Assembly (NCBI GenBank): GCA_038087875.1
Contig: CM075989.1
Span: forward strand, 19,098,001-19,162,000
DNA from: Malacoraja senta
Taxonomy: Eukaryota
DNA length: 64,000 nucleotides
Reading direction: 5' to 3'
Every line of letters begins with the position of its first letter. Position 1 is the first letter of the stretch. Below the pieces are notes generated by a model that saw only the letters and a program-made list of their open reading frames with translations, ran no database searches and was not told the DNA's origin. The translations under genes and the position numbers were made by a program. Positions 38,230 to 52,105 of this stretch are shown one piece after another.

Positions 38230-39170
38230 TGCCTTCAACACATCAGAGTATTGAGTACAAGAGTCAGGCAGACATGATGCTGCTTGATAGGATTTTGCTT
38301 AGGCTGCATTTGGAGTATCGGGGGCAGTTCTGTTCATCTCATTACAGGAGGAATGTGGAGTGGGTGCAGAAGGGATTTAGCAGAATGCTGTTTGGATTAA
38401 GTCTCAGTCTGAAGGGTCTCAACCCAAAAAGTCAGCTATTTCCTTGTCTCCAGAAATGCTGCATGACCTGCCGATTTATTCCAGCATTTCATGTTTATCT
38501 TCGGTGCAAACCAGCATCTGCAGTTCCTTCCTACACATGCTGTTTGGATTAGAGACCATTAGCTATTAGAAGAGGTTGGACAAACTTGGATTGCTTTCTC
38601 TGGAGATTCAGAACCTGATATGTGTATACAATTATGAGATGTATAGATGCCGTAGATCATCAGGACTTTATCACAGGGTGGAAATGTCAAAGGCTAGAGC
38701 TTTACGGTGAGAGGCAAAATGTTTAAGGGACAAAAATATATATATTTTTATGTATATGTAAAATATATATATAAAACATACAGAGAGTGGTGGGTGCCTG
38801 CAACACACTGCCAGGGGTGGTGGTGGAGGAAGCAAATACAATAGTGACATTTAAGAGGATTTCAGATAAGCAAATCTTCTTATCGAGTCCTCACACAAGA
38901 TTAGAAGTTGTTCAACCAGAGCTGAACACACTTCTCTGCATCTGCATACAATGGTGTCTGTCTTGTCGCTTCTTGTGCGTGGTGGTGGAAAGATTGGTGG
39001 AAACAGGGCCGCGGCGTGAACGCTCTTTCCTTGACCCCAGATAAGCAAATAAGCAAATGCAGGGAATGGAGGTACATAGTTCATGTTGAGGCAAAGGAGA
39101 TTAGTTTAACTTGGCATCATATTTGGCATGGGCACTGTGGGGACATTCTTGTCCCATCATGTTCTATGCT
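38230..39170 (+). mobile_element. Decayed CR1 LINE 3' part with nested inserts
   Basis: IEYKS....L...L.RLHLEY..QF.S.HYR..VE.VQK.F.RM motif. Confidence 0.75.
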
Positions 39171-39774
39171 CCAGGTAGCTACAAGCCTTCTCCTTTGTGT
39201 TCTAATCAGTCTGGTGGTTTGAATTTGGTTGAGGCCTGGAATGCAATTAAGCCAAGATTCTGAACTGATTTAATCAAATATGCCAAACAATGCATGTCAC
39301 ACAATGCAGTAATGGGTGGATCTGCTTTTTGTTCTTACATTGTCAAAATAGATCCAAGTAACAGCTGTAATAATTGTATCAATTGCAAAGACTGTGCCCA
39401 GTGGAATTGTATGGGCAGTGTTTTCTTTGATCACTATCAATAGAATCCCTGGCCAGCCCACCTGAAGCATTTAGGAATGGTCAAAGGATAATCCAATTTC
39501 CGCGCTGTATCTCTAAAGTCTAAAGTCAATCAACAGAATCTGCTCAAGCTTAGTAGTTTCAAAGGTAATAGATTGATAGCCAATCATTTCTGCAATCTTG
39601 CCAAACTAACTATTCTTTGTGCAGGTTGTAGATTGTAAACCCCACAAGGCTGAAGTTACACAATGCCACATGCAAGTAACAAAAGTGGTTGTTTTTTAAA
39701 ATGCGTCATTGCTGACCAATAGGCAAGATAGCACATGGGTTGTAAGAGAAAGGTTACCGGGTTGTTGAAGAGTT

Positions 39775-40105
39775 TAAGTTGTATTTAGCGAAACTGCATG
39801 GAAACAGGCCCTCAGCCCACGCCGCCCAGCGACCACCCACTCACACTAGTTCTATGTTATCCCACTTTCTCATTCACTCCCTACAAACTTGGAGACATGT
39901 TTACAGCGACCAATTAACCTACAAACCCACGTGTCTTTGGGGTGTTGGGAGGAAAACCGGAGAACCCAGAAAAAAAACCCTGTGGTTGCAGGGAAAACGT
40001 GCAAACTCTACACAGACAGCACCCAAGGTCAGGATTGAACTTGGTGTCTCTGGTGCTGTGAGGCAGCAGCTCTACCAGCTGTGTGACCGTGCTACCACTG
40101 TGTTG
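39775..40105 (-). mobile_element. HE1-like V-SINE (older copy)
   Basis: Degenerate family motifs. Confidence 0.75.
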
Positions 40106-40929
40106 AAGTGGGATTGTAAGGAACACGTGGCAATTTTGGGCAAGACTCTGACCAGCAAAAATTCTTCCAGCACAGTGTGCCAGGTCTGATGGGGCAATGT
40201 TTGTGCATCTTGGTTCTGTCAGCTGCACCGCTGTGCCACCCAGATGCAGGGTGTTGTGTCTACAAACAAACCAAGAGAGTTCTCACATTTCACATGGTGA
40301 ATGGAAGGCCTCATTGTTTAGCAAACATTAAACTAAAATCATAAAGGGGCGAGTATTTTGCTTCAGTGCAAAGCAAATCAAGTGCTTGAAAGCATTCCAT
40401 AATATGTACAGGCTAATTGATGGTCCTATCACCTGTACATACAAGTCAAAATGAAAGAGAATTCAGATGTTGTGAATAATTGGTCCAAATCATTCCCCAC
40501 TCCACACCATACTCAATGGCCTATTTTCTGGAACTAAGCACAAAGAGCTTAGAGATACAGCTTGGAAACAGGCCCTTCGGCCCACTGAGTCCACGTCGAT
40601 CATTGATCAGCCGTACACTAGTTCTATGCTATCCCATCGTACACACTAGGGGCAATGTACAGAAACCAATTATTTATAAACCTGTGGTAACTCAACGAGT
40701 CAGGCAGCATTTTTGGGGAAAAGGAAACGTTTTGAATCGAGGCCCTTCTTTTTGTGTGTCTTAAACCAGCATCTGCAGCTCCTTCCTACAAACCTATACG
40801 TCTTTGGAATATTGGAGGAAACTGGAGCACCCAGAGGAAACCCAAGTTGTCACAGGAGAACATGCAAAACATTTTACATCGATGGAAAAGATTAAGAGGG
40901 ATCTGAGGTAAACGGGACTAGATATCTCT

Positions 40930-41520
40930 ACTTCCTTCCATGAAGCCAATTCTCTATCCAGTCGGCTAGTTCTCCCTGGATCCCATACGATCTAATCTTC
41001 CAGAGCAGCCTACCATGTGGTACCTTATCAAATGTCTTCCTGAAGTCCATGTAGACAATGTCTACAGCTTTGCACTCAACGTTTTTGGCTACGTCTTCAA
41101 AAAACTCAGATTCGTAAGACATGATCTCCTGCATACAAAACTGCCCCTAATCTCCCAGTCTATTCAAATGCTTATATATCCCATCCCTCAAAATCCTCTC
41201 CAGTAATTTGCCAACCACAGATGTTAGGCTCACTGGCCCACAGTGTTCCCTGTCATCCGGCACCCGACTTGTATCAAATGATACACACAAAATGCTGGAG
41301 TAACTCAGCGGGACAGGCAGCATCTCTGGATCTCGACCCGAAACTTTACCCATTCCTTCGATCCAGAGATGCTGCCTGTCCCGCTGAGTTACTCCAGCAT
41401 CTTTGGTGTAAACCAGCATCTGCAGTTCCTTCTTGCACACCGTGTCAAAAGATGATTTTTTTAATCTCTTAGCCAGGGTGCCTGCAATTTCTTCTCAAGC
41501 TTCCCACAATGTCTGAAATA
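40930..41520 (-). mobile_element. CR1 LINE internal RT fragment with a nested Penelope hairpin (41243-41440)
   Basis: PVSLTSVVGKLLERILRD and VDIVYMDFRKTFDKVPHGRLL RT motifs. Confidence 0.85.
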
Positions 41521-42221
41521 GGACCAGGAGTTTTACTTACCTAATCTTGATTACATTTCTAATTTAAAAACTGCCATTACTCAAGGATGCAGGGTCATTT
41601 GCAGAAGCAAATGGCAGTTGCGGTGTAATTAGGAATCTTTCATGATTCTCTACTCACATTTCTCTGGACTTTTATCTCCACTCCCCAGCTCCCCCATATC
41701 TGAATGTTTCCAAACTCCATTTATACCAGGAGAAATTTTGCAAAAAGACCCTTCAAACAGCACAAGATAATTGCCACGGCAATTTTTAATGCTGTCAGTG
41801 GATGTTTAAAAAAACTCAAACTCCAGATAAATCTCCCCAGGCATTTTTTTGGAAGTTCCATGGGATTTTTATGTCTATCCATGGAGGTCAAAGAGCCTCT
41901 TGGTAAACATTCAGGTTTAACTCCTGTATGGTAAAAAAAAAAGCAGCTTCTGAAAAAGAAACGTGGTGAGATTCACAATTAGAGCTCACCTCCCTCTTGC
42001 AGCTTTCAAAATTACTTGCATGTTAGACTGGTTTTACTGCATTGGTGCACATTATAAATTACAAGTTTTTAAACGCAAGAAAGTAAAATGGACTAATTGT
42101 GCAGCACAGCATGAATGCCATGGCTGCATTGTTGAGCAAAGACATGTAGAGAAGTTTGTCACCACTTAGGCATTGATAAAAGAAAGTGCATTTCGATAGC
42201 TGAGACACATTTTGTTTGGAT

Positions 42222-42512
42222 TTTAGTCTTTGGAGATACAGCCAAGGAAACAGGTCCTTCAACCCACCGAGTCCGCGCCGACCAGCGATCACCCCTTACA
42301 CTAGCACCATCCTACACACTGGGGACAATTAACAGAAGCGAATTAACCTACAAACCTGTATGAATTTGAGTGTGGGAGAAAACCGGAACACCTGGAAAAA
42401 CCCCCACGCTGTCACAGAGGGAACGTACAAACTCTGTACAGACAGCACCCGTAGTCAGGATCTAACCCGTGTCTCTGGCGCTGTAAGGCAGCAACTCTAA
42501 CTATGCCACTAT
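42222..42512 (-). mobile_element. HE1-like V-SINE
   Basis: Family motifs. Confidence 0.82.
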
Positions 42513-43089
42513 GCATAAACTGGACATGAATGACAATAAGCGGTATGGATTTCTACAGTTTAAAATAAGTTCATTTTGCAAGGCTGATTGAGATGAAAAA
42601 AATCCTTTTTTATATGCGAAATTTAAAAATACTCAGTTCAGACTTCCTGCCAGTTTGAACAGGTGAACTTCATGACTCGAGGCAAAATAATTCCATGCAT
42701 GAGATGGGTAGTGAGATTCTAAGAAACTGGCTGCATTCAAGCATTTTATTATCCATGCAGACCTACATTTGCTCCTTTGTTATTTGTGCAAATTAAGAGA
42801 AGCAGCCATATACGCTTGAACAGTTAGAGTATTCTCGTGTGTAGCAAGGAACTGCAGGTGCTGGTTTAAATCGATAGACACAAAATGCTGGAGTAATTCA
42901 GCGGGACAAGCAGCAACTCTGGAGAGAAGCGTCTCAACCCGAAATGTCACACATTCCTTCTCTCCAGAGATGCTGCAATTCCCGCTGAGTCACTTTGGCA
43001 TGTTGTGTCTATCTGCAGAATACTCTCTACAGGTGTACGGTAGAGAGCCTGGTTCAGCAACTTGAACGCCCAGGAGGATTACAAAAAGT

Positions 43090-43515
43090 GATGGATCAAG
43101 GGGACTGACCTCCCCACCATCGAAGGGATCTATAGGAGGCGCTGCCTCAAAAAGGCACCCAGCAACATCAAGGACCAATACCACCCTGGCCACACTCTTA
43201 TTTCACTCTTGCCATTGGGAAGATATAAGCCTATGAAAACCATGACTTCCAGGTTTAGTTCCAGCTTCTTCCCAGTAACTATCATGCTATTGAACACTAC
43301 AAAAACACCTACTAGACCACAAACCGTCTTGGTTGCAACCAGGAACTTTAGGTGCTGTTTTGTACACTAATATTGGGGTTTTCTTTCTTTATTGATTTTT
43401 TTGTTTGTTTTTATTATGTTATCTACTGAGTATTGTGTATGCAGACCTGTTATGCTGCTGCAAGTAAGAATTGCATTGTTCCGTTTCAGTACATACAACA
43501 ATTAAACCCTCTTGA
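43090..43515 (+). mobile_element. Rex1/Babar-type LINE 3' fragment
   Basis: LPTIEGIYRRRCLKKA..IKD.YHPGH.L.SLLP.GR motif and a degenerate acaattaaa tail. Confidence 0.7.
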
Positions 43516-44509
43516 CAGCTGGAATCCAACCAAACTTCTAGTACACACTAGAACTGTAAACAGAGCAAGCAGCAAGTTCTAACACATCATCAATTCGACA
43601 GCTGCTACAGAAAAGACCACTTTGGATGGATGACCAATGGATAGATTTAAAAAGTATGTTTCAAGGAACAGGATAGAAATGGGGGTGTGGAGGAAATAAA
43701 CCGTTGATTTTGGGTGAAGGGAAAGACAAGGCAAGTAGGAATGAAGTTAAGCAAGGGATCATAAGGGAGAGAAGGTGCCATGAAATGCGTCAGATTAAAG
43801 AGAATCCCAAGAACTTTCATACATAAATTAAAAAACCAAGAGGATATACTAGTCATGAGAAAGAAATAAGAGGAAGCAAGCGCCCATTACAAACCATAAA
43901 CACAATATGACAATCATTAGCAAGGAAAAGCAACTCATAATTTATTTAATGAAACTGTTATTTATCCTCTCCAGTAGAATGTCATCTTGGGGAGAACTTC
44001 TGAGCATTGATGCTGAGGGTCACCAACAACAGAATAAAATATATAAAGACTTTATCACACCAACATCAGAATGTTAGTGACCAACTGAAGTCATTTTTAT
44101 TTAAAAGATGGCAGTCCTGCTTTGGGTCCACTTATATATTATGTACTTTAAGGCTTTCATTCCATAGTCACACAAATGATAGCTTTAACTTGGAATGCTT
44201 TCCAATTGGAATGTAATGGTTTTGCAGAAGAGCTCAGCTAATTGCTTGAACAATATAACAACTGTAGTGCTGCTAATCCATATTTTGGTCCTTATACCCA
44301 ATTGACATTCTGGCTCAACACAAACAGCAATTCCATCTGGAGCTTCGACCACAGTACAGAATCACTTGCGTTGATGGTAAAATGCTAGTTGAAAACAAAG
44401 GATGATTTCAGCCTTCAAAAAAAAGTCTCATTTATTTACTTACAATGCACACCACTCTCACCTGACGCAGGCTGAGAAGTTATTCTATTAAAACAACTGG
44501 TCCAAAAAT

Positions 44510-44985
44510 TACAGGAAGGATGCGGAGGCTTTGGAGAGAGTGCAGAAGAGGTTTACCAGAATGCTGCTTGCTGGGGTATTAGCTGCAAGGAGAGGTTGGA
44601 CAAACTTAAGATTGTTTTCTCTGGAACGTTGGACCCTGAATGGATGCCCGACAGACGTATATAGAATTACGAGAGACATAGACAGTCAAAACCGTTTTCC
44701 AAGGTTGGAAATGTCAAAGAGGTCATAGCTTTAAGATGAGAGGGACGTTTAAAAGAGATGCACAGGGCAAGTTTTTCTTAACTTGGTGGCGGATGCCTGG
44801 TATGTGGTGGAGGAGGCAGATTAGATAGTGGCATTTAAGAAAGCTTTTAGATTGGCACATGGACATTCAGGGAATAGAGGAATATGAATCACAAGCAGGC
44901 AAATGGGACTAGCTTAGATGGGGCATCTTGGTCAGCATTGATGAGACTGCATTGAAGGGCCAGCTTCCATGCTTGTGTGACTATG
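44510..44985 (+). mobile_element. CR1 LINE 3' fragment
   Basis: LERVQKRFTRML...LFSLER motif plus tail. Confidence 0.8.
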
Positions 44986-45544
44986 GTCAATATTTCTCTG
45001 ACTATGATAAATGAAACAGAACTGTATGTCAATTGCAACTGCACAAATTCACTCCTATAACTGTACAACAATGTGATCACATTTGTTTTAACCTGATTTC
45101 AATCTTTGAAAAAGACATTCTTCCTAAGTAATTTCTTCCCAAATGAAGCAATAAAACGTGACACTGCTTTGAAACCTAAATGACTCTCTCCAACTAGATA
45201 TACTTTGCACATTTGTCCAACTGAGGGAATAGCTGCAAACCCAACCAGCATGTCAACCAGTGGAATTTTCATTGTGTATTTACATCTGTGATACACAACC
45301 TGCCGGCCACATTGACCAATCTAGGTTCCCTAAAAACTGCCCTTCCAAATTGACACTGGCTTTACCTTGCACTAAACGTTATTCCCTTATCATGTATCTG
45401 TACACTGTGACGGCTCGATTGTAATCATTGTCTTTCCACTGACTGGTCTTTCCACTGACTGGTTAGCACGAAACAAGCTTTTCACTATACTTTGGTACAC
45501 GTGACAATAAACTAAACTAACAAACAGTACTTGTTGTGTAATAG

Positions 45545-46760
45545 TTCAAATTTGTATGGTGTTCTTCACAGACATCTCCAGGAAATATGGCCCAAGGTCT
45601 CGTTGGCCATTCAGCATAACCTATTCATTCTGGCTATGGATAGGGCAGGGTTTCCCTTTACATCTTAAAAATAATACGTCAATAATGTTAAGTTTTCTCA
45701 AGGGAATTACAACCCCTTATGCATATCATTTCAACCAAAAGTTTTTTTAAATACCCAATTCCAAAGCTCTCCTGCCCAAATATCAAATCCTCCACAAACA
45801 AACCATTAAGCATCTTGCATGAACCATCATCAAGTGAAATTAATCTCCAAATTCTTATCGCTCGCCATAGAAGATTGTAGATCCTCATATCCGAACTAAA
45901 AGTTGACCTGGCCATCATTTGCTGGTAAAAATCCTTATTTTCTACTTCAACTTGGACATACCAAATCCCTTGGCAGATGCTTTCATGTTTAGAATTGATA
46001 AAACCAAATCTGCAATACAAGATAGTACTCTGCAATACAAGAAATGATTTAAAAAAACCCACCTTCAGCTGACATCCCAGCCCAGAGAACAATTCATGGA
46101 CCTGATCCCAAAAATAACATCTCACAAGTCGCCCAAGCAACCAAAGGATCTGATCAGCATTGTTAATTTCCAATTCTTGGTATCAAAGTCTTATATTTCT
46201 TCGACATAATAAAAAAGCCATTTTCCTGACAATTCTCCTCCAGTTTTAAAAAGAAAATCTCTTAATATTGTCACACCCATGTAGAACAATTCAAGGGCCA
46301 CATCAGCCATTGCTAAGGCAGTACAACTTTAGTTTATTGTCATGCGAACCGAGGTAGTGAGAACACTCTTGTTGCATTCTAACCAGTCAACTTGCACCGT
46401 ATGTAGATAAACTATTAAAAGGGAAATCAGATTGACCCACTCCACACTGTATCTTCCCCTGCCTCCTTCATCACCAGTAGGAATGGGCTCAATTTTCACG
46501 TTGTTGCGTTCAATTCTCATGGCCAAGTTTGAACATGTCCATGAAGAAATTGATAAAATCCATACCAAACTCATTCAACCCAAAACTCATTATTAGCGTG
46601 CATACCTCAGTCAGAATATTTGACAAGGTCACCAAACAACTACTGGATTTTTGTGATTCTTCATGGCTAACTTTTATAGCTGGGAGGTGGGGCAAGAAGA
46701 ATTTCAAAAATCTCATGTATTGATTACCACCTGCGGTCGTTGCAGGAAGTTATTTTGACA
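45545..46760 (-). mobile_element. Very old, frameshifted L1/Tx1-like LINE relic
   Basis: Collinear degenerate motifs on the minus strand: EFGMDFINF, KIQCGVGQ (like RGVRQG), YFWD...AEGG, and CPI...ETLGHISWRC (zf-RVT-like). Confidence 0.45.
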
Positions 46761-47182
46761 TTCAGGGTCACAGCCTCCATTAATCTCTTGGATAAAATCT
46801 TTGAAATAGAGTTAGCAAGTGCTCTTGTGTCAATGCATTGTAATTTGACCTGTTATATTATTTAGTACTTTGCCACAGTTAATGCAAAAAAAAAATTAAA
46901 AAAGATTGTGCTCTCTATATTCTTAACCATGTTTGAACTCGAGTCATCCAGATAGCTGTGTCCTTATAAATTCCTCTTATCTTGCCAATTTTCCAGAGTA
47001 ATACATGGCTATGAACCTTTCAGGCAGATAGTTTTAGATCTCTGGTACATTCTGTGCTACCAATAAGTTCTTGTTAATCACTCTTATCTAGTCCTCGGTG
47101 TTACATACCTTCACTAAATTTCTTCAGCCTTCCCAATCTTCTTTCATATCTAACCTTTTCTAGTCATCATCGTATTCTTCCT

Positions 47183-47620
47183 AGGTAGACAAAAATGCTG
47201 GAGAAACTCAGCGGGTGAGGCAGCATCTATGGAGCGAAGGAAATAGGCGATGTTTCGGGTCGAGACCCTTCTTCAGACTGGTAAGGGTGGGGCGGGAAGA
47301 AGAAAGGAAGAGGCGGAGACAGAGGGCTAGGGAGAGCTGGGAAGGGTAGGAGAAAGCAGGGACAACCTGAAATTGGAGAAGTCAATGTTCATACCGCTGG
47401 GGTGTAAACTGTCCAAGCAAAATATGAGGTGCTGTTCCTCCAATTTACAGTGGGCCTCACTCTGGCCATGGAGGAGGCCCAGGACAGAAAGGTCGGATTC
47501 GGAATGGGAGGGGGAGTTGAAGTCCTGAGCCACCGGGAGATCAGGTTGGTTATTGTGAACTGAGCGGAGGTATTGGGCGAAGCGATCGCCAAGCCTACGC
47601 TTGGTCTCACCAATGTAGAG
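47183..47620 (-). mobile_element. Penelope-like element 3' fragment: GIY-YIG endonuclease C-terminus plus pseudo-LTR with hammerhead core
   Basis: Translation YIGETKRRLGDRFAQYLRSV...LPVAQDFNSPSHS...LEEQHLIFCLDSLHPSGMN matches the PLE GIY-YIG domain. It is followed by CTGAAGAAGGGTCTCGACCCGAAACATC at 47249-47276. Confidence 0.88.
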
Positions 47621-48110
47621 CATCTGTGTTGTGGTGAGAACTATAGGCAGCACTCATATTGGGATAGTAGTTATTACAGGTGAGGCAAGGCCTCCCTGCT
47701 CTTAGCTAATGTACATAATCACTGGATTCCAAGGTTTCACAAGACTTCCTTGCTGCAAACTTAGGAAAGCAGATTAAAGTTCAAAAGAACAAGACTGACA
47801 AAAATGTTGTTTTACACTGTCTGGCTGGTTTCTATCAGACAAGAGTGACTCACTGTAAATAGTCATAGGATCTCATAACCATCTTAAAACCCAAGCAAGA
47901 TTGTTAATTTCTCATAGAAATACTGATCACGTCAATGAAGTGGGAAAGCACCCAAGGAAAACATGCAAACTCCACACAGTTAACTCCAGAGATTTGGACC
48001 GACTCTGGAGTTGCCAGTGGTGTAAGAACAGCAGTTTTGTTGGCCTTATCTCTGCTGAGAATTTTTACTGTTTTTTTACTGTGAAATGTACACTCAAGCA
48101 GCAGAAATTA

Positions 48111-48735
48111 TCCATATAACTAAAAGTCTCATCTTGACCACTTCCTGTCTGCGCTGTATATTGATTTTAGAAAAAAACGTTACCGTATATTACAGATTTT
48201 TGGCCATCTTACACAGTCCTCCTCCGCTGAGGCAGCCCCGAGGATTTTTCCGATCGATGAAAAATAAAAGTTACGAGTGTTTAAAAAATCTTGAGATCAG
48301 CTGATTGGTCCTCTCGCCTGTCAATCGCCATTATGATGCCTGGACTCGAGTCAGTCGCTCTAGAAGATCATGAGGGAGAGGCTTGTGAATCAACTGAACT
48401 GTGAGTCTGCAATGTACTTGCAATAAATGATTTGTTTGCCCTTAATGAAAATGCAATGAGTTGTTTGGCCTGCCCTGTGCTTGAAACTGCAATGGAAATG
48501 GAAATGAAATGAAAATGCAATGAGCTGTTTGGCCTGGCCTGTGCTTGAAACTGCAATGGAAATGAAATGAAAATGCAATGAGCTGTTTGGCCTACCCTGC
48601 CGCTTGAAACTACAATGGAAATGAAATGAAAATGCAATGAGCTGTTTGGCCTGCCCTGTGCTTGAAACTGCAATGGAAATGAAATGAGTTGTTTGGCCTG
48701 CCCTGTGCTTGAAACTGCAATGGAAATGGAAACTA
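48111..48735 (+). mobile_element. Putative non-autonomous Helitron-like element (5' part) with internal tandem repeats
   Basis: Begins A|TCcatataactaaaag, resembling Helitron 5' ends, and contains five tandem units. No 3' hairpin or CTAG end was found. Confidence 0.35.
48444..48733. repeat. About five-copy 58-64-bp tandem repeat with variable (GAAAT)n spacing
   Basis: atgcaatgag recurs at 48451, 48515, 48573 and 48632, plus a shortened fifth unit. Confidence 0.92.
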
Positions 48736-51329
48736 AAGTTTGCCTGACCATTTTTTCTGTGAAGTTCTGCCAGTTTCAAGATGTCTCAAAAGTGGTCCTT
48801 TTAACTGTGGAATACCATGAAAAAAAATTGATATAAAGTTAGGCCTTGTAGAGACATGACAATGCTTTGGAAAGTACAACTTTGCTTGATCATCTTGGTA
48901 TACCAGTATACCATGCATAATTGCACACCGATCAACTATCTGTGGAATTAAGACCAAATTAAGACTTTGATTTAGCAATTAACCTTTTGAAGATATGTAT
49001 GCTAATTTGTTAATGTAATGTGCGAAGATTACTTGTACATTCCAGGAAATAGAAAAGTCTTTGAAGATACAAATTTGACCATTTTAACTACACTGAAAGT
49101 TTCCCATTAACATGGGAAAATATTGATTAATTGATTATTCTAAACTCAATAGTTACATTTGAACCCGTAATGCTGAACTTTTAAATATTCTGCCGGATAC
49201 GGCACCATTCTTCACATTATCCCGAAAACCAGTTTGTTAATGGAAATAGAAATAGGAATGGCTTTTATGAATAACATGGCATTAATGGTGGTATTCTCTG
49301 CAGAATTTTTAAAAAAGTCCAATGTTACAGGCTCAAGGGAGCCAAAATGTAAATAGTATAAAATTATCAATTCCTCAATATACACCATGCAGCAACTGTT
49401 TAATCATAGAATCATAATGTTTTCTGGAAGCGCTAATGAAAAATTCATTCAAATTAAATGAACAAGGAGAAAATATAACAGCTAATTTGAACACAAGGTA
49501 CCATTATGGCAAAGAACAGAGTGTAGATTAGTTATGTTGACGTAGAAAAATTATTCAGTAGGACATCCTGGAGAGCACCTTCCTGAATATTTTATGTCAA
49601 AAGGACAACATTGGCACCAAAAACAACACAACATTTCCTAAATGTAACATTAGGAAATTCGAGATAGTACTTCATTATTTTTTTTCCAGAAGGGTTACAA
49701 CAATAACTGCAGGAAAGCAAGCCAGCTGGGGGTGCCAAATGTTTTCCAAAAGCAGATTAACATTCAAGAACAAGGCAACAGCATGCACTGACATCTATAA
49801 TCCAGTGGGCAATCACCGAGGAAAGAAGTTCCAAATATAATCAAGACTGTCGCAAACAAGAGCAACCTTGTTACGATTATTTGTTAGCCTCAAGAATTTT
49901 ATGCTTTAAATCTTTTCTCTTCTTCCCCAATCTCTTCTATTCCCTAATTTCAGTTCTGAAGAAAGCGAGCCAACATTTTAAATCTTCAGATAAATGCAAG
50001 AGATTGCAGATGCTGGAATTGGGATGGAAAGAAGTGGTCAACATTTCAAGTCGAGAGCCTGCACAGATTGAAGGGTGCAATGCGATCATTCCTTCCCATC
50101 CAGAGTTGCTACTCAACCTGCTGAGTTCCTCTAGCAGATTGGTTCATAAGTGATAGCAGCAGAATTAGACCATTCGACCCATCAAGTTTACTCCACAATT
50201 CAATCATGGCTGATCTATCTTTCCCTCTTAACCCCATTCTCCTGCTTCTCCCCATAACCCGTGACACCCATACTAATCAAGAATCTATATCTGCCTTAAA
50301 AATATCCATTGACGGGCTCCACAGCCGTCTGTGGCAAAGAATTCTACAGATTCACCACCCTCTGACTAAAGAAATTCCTCCTCATCTCCTTCCTAAAGGA
50401 ACTTCTTTTTATTCTGAGGCTATGATCTCTAGTCTTATATTCTTCCACTCTCCACATCCACTCTTATCCAGTCCCTTCACTATTCGGTAATTTTCAATGA
50501 GGCCCCCCTCATCTTTCTAAACTCCAGTGCCGTCAAACGGTTGTTGCTGTAATTCCCTAAACTCCTCAACCACCGAAGGTAATGGGAACTCCACTACTGA
50601 TCAATCTCCCCACTTGGCTCTCTCCTTTGTACAAAGGAGAGATAGCAGGTACTGGTTCCCAGTACCTTTTCCAGTTGAGTTTTAAGTGAAATTAAGTGCA
50701 CCCCGTGAAATCTCCTCAAAGCAAAAGCAAGCCACAACAAACATTTTAAAATAAATTAGTCACAACTGTAGATTTACTGACTACAATTCATAACTAAGGT
50801 TGACATTAGACATAATAAAACAAGTAGAAAAATACAAAGTATTAAAGATTAAAGTAAAACAGTCGTACTATAATACACAGGAAACTGCTGATCTTGGGCA
50901 TCTTCAATTAATCGTACAGAAATAATTGTTGATCCTTTCAACATCCCATTTCAAAGAATTGAAAATAACATGCTTCACCCATTTAAATAGCAAGAGCATA
51001 GAGTATATATTATGATTTATGTACTACAAGGGTAAACAGTAACGGCTGCCAAAAGTTAAACAGACTGCAAAATGCCCATTTTAAATCATGGCTTGTTTCT
51101 AAATGCTTATTGTTATATTTATAATGTGACATTAATACAAATTGTACAAAAACTAACATGTCATTCAATCGCCTTTTCTTGCTTTAGTTTAAATAATGAA
51201 CGAGCAATGCCAATAACTGACTTGGTACATGTGGGAGCCTTCTCTGCCACATTTGTATACGAGGCACCTTCATAGCTTGAAATCTACAGTAGAACGTTTA
51301 ATATTTATGTTGGTTGGAAACATAAATGC

Positions 51330-52105
51330 AGATGGGTCGGTTAACAAGTTTCCAGACGACACCAAGATTGCTGGAGCTGCAGACAGTGAAGGAGGCTGTC
51401 AAAGTATACAATGGGGTATAGATCAGCTAGAGAAATGGCAGATGGAGTTTAATTTGAACAAGTCTGAGGTTGAGAGATTGAATGTATGGGGAAATATACT
51501 GTTAATGGCCAGATTCTTATCATCATTGATGTCTATAGCTCCCTGAAAGTAGCAAAAAAAAAGAGGCATGGTATCCTTGCTTTTATCAGGGCATTGAATC
51601 CAAGAATCAGCAGAGCACAATGCAGCTTTACACGACTTTGGTTGTACCGCATTTGGAGAATTGTGTGCAGTTCTGGTTGCTCCTTCAGGAAGGATGTGGA
51701 GGCTTTGGAGAGGGCGCACAGGTGGTTTACGAGAATGCTGCCTGGATAGAATGCACCAGCTACAATAAGAGGTTGGACATATCCAGACTGTTTTCTCTGG
51801 AACACCAGAGGTTGAGGGGGAGGCCTGTTAGAAGTATCTGGAATTATGAGAGACAAAGACAGGGAAGACAGTCAGAGCCTCTCTTCCCCCCCCCCCCCCC
51901 CCCCCAACTCAAGATAGGAGTCTAAGTCTAGAGGCGATAGCTTTAAGGCGAGTGGGGCAAAGTTCTGGAGGTGTCTGGAAGGTGCTGCCAGACATGATGC
52001 TGGAGGCAGGTGTGATAGAGGCATTTAAATAGGCACATGGATATGCAGAGAATGTTCCCGTTCGGCACACACATCTTGGGCTAATGGACCCGTCCCTGTG
52101 CTTTA
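51330..52105 (+). mobile_element. Decayed CR1 LINE 3' fragment downstream of, and antisense to, BCL2L10
   Basis: KFPDDTKI (FADD-like), WQMEFN, LYTTLVVPHLENCVQFW and LERAHRWFTRMLPG. Confidence 0.85.

Noticed and set aside
1..50700. MAPK6 exons expected from synteny
   Set aside because: No kinase-domain or ERK3-tail peptide was recognised in any frame. The gene probably lies outside the window, and two gaps make contiguity uncertain.
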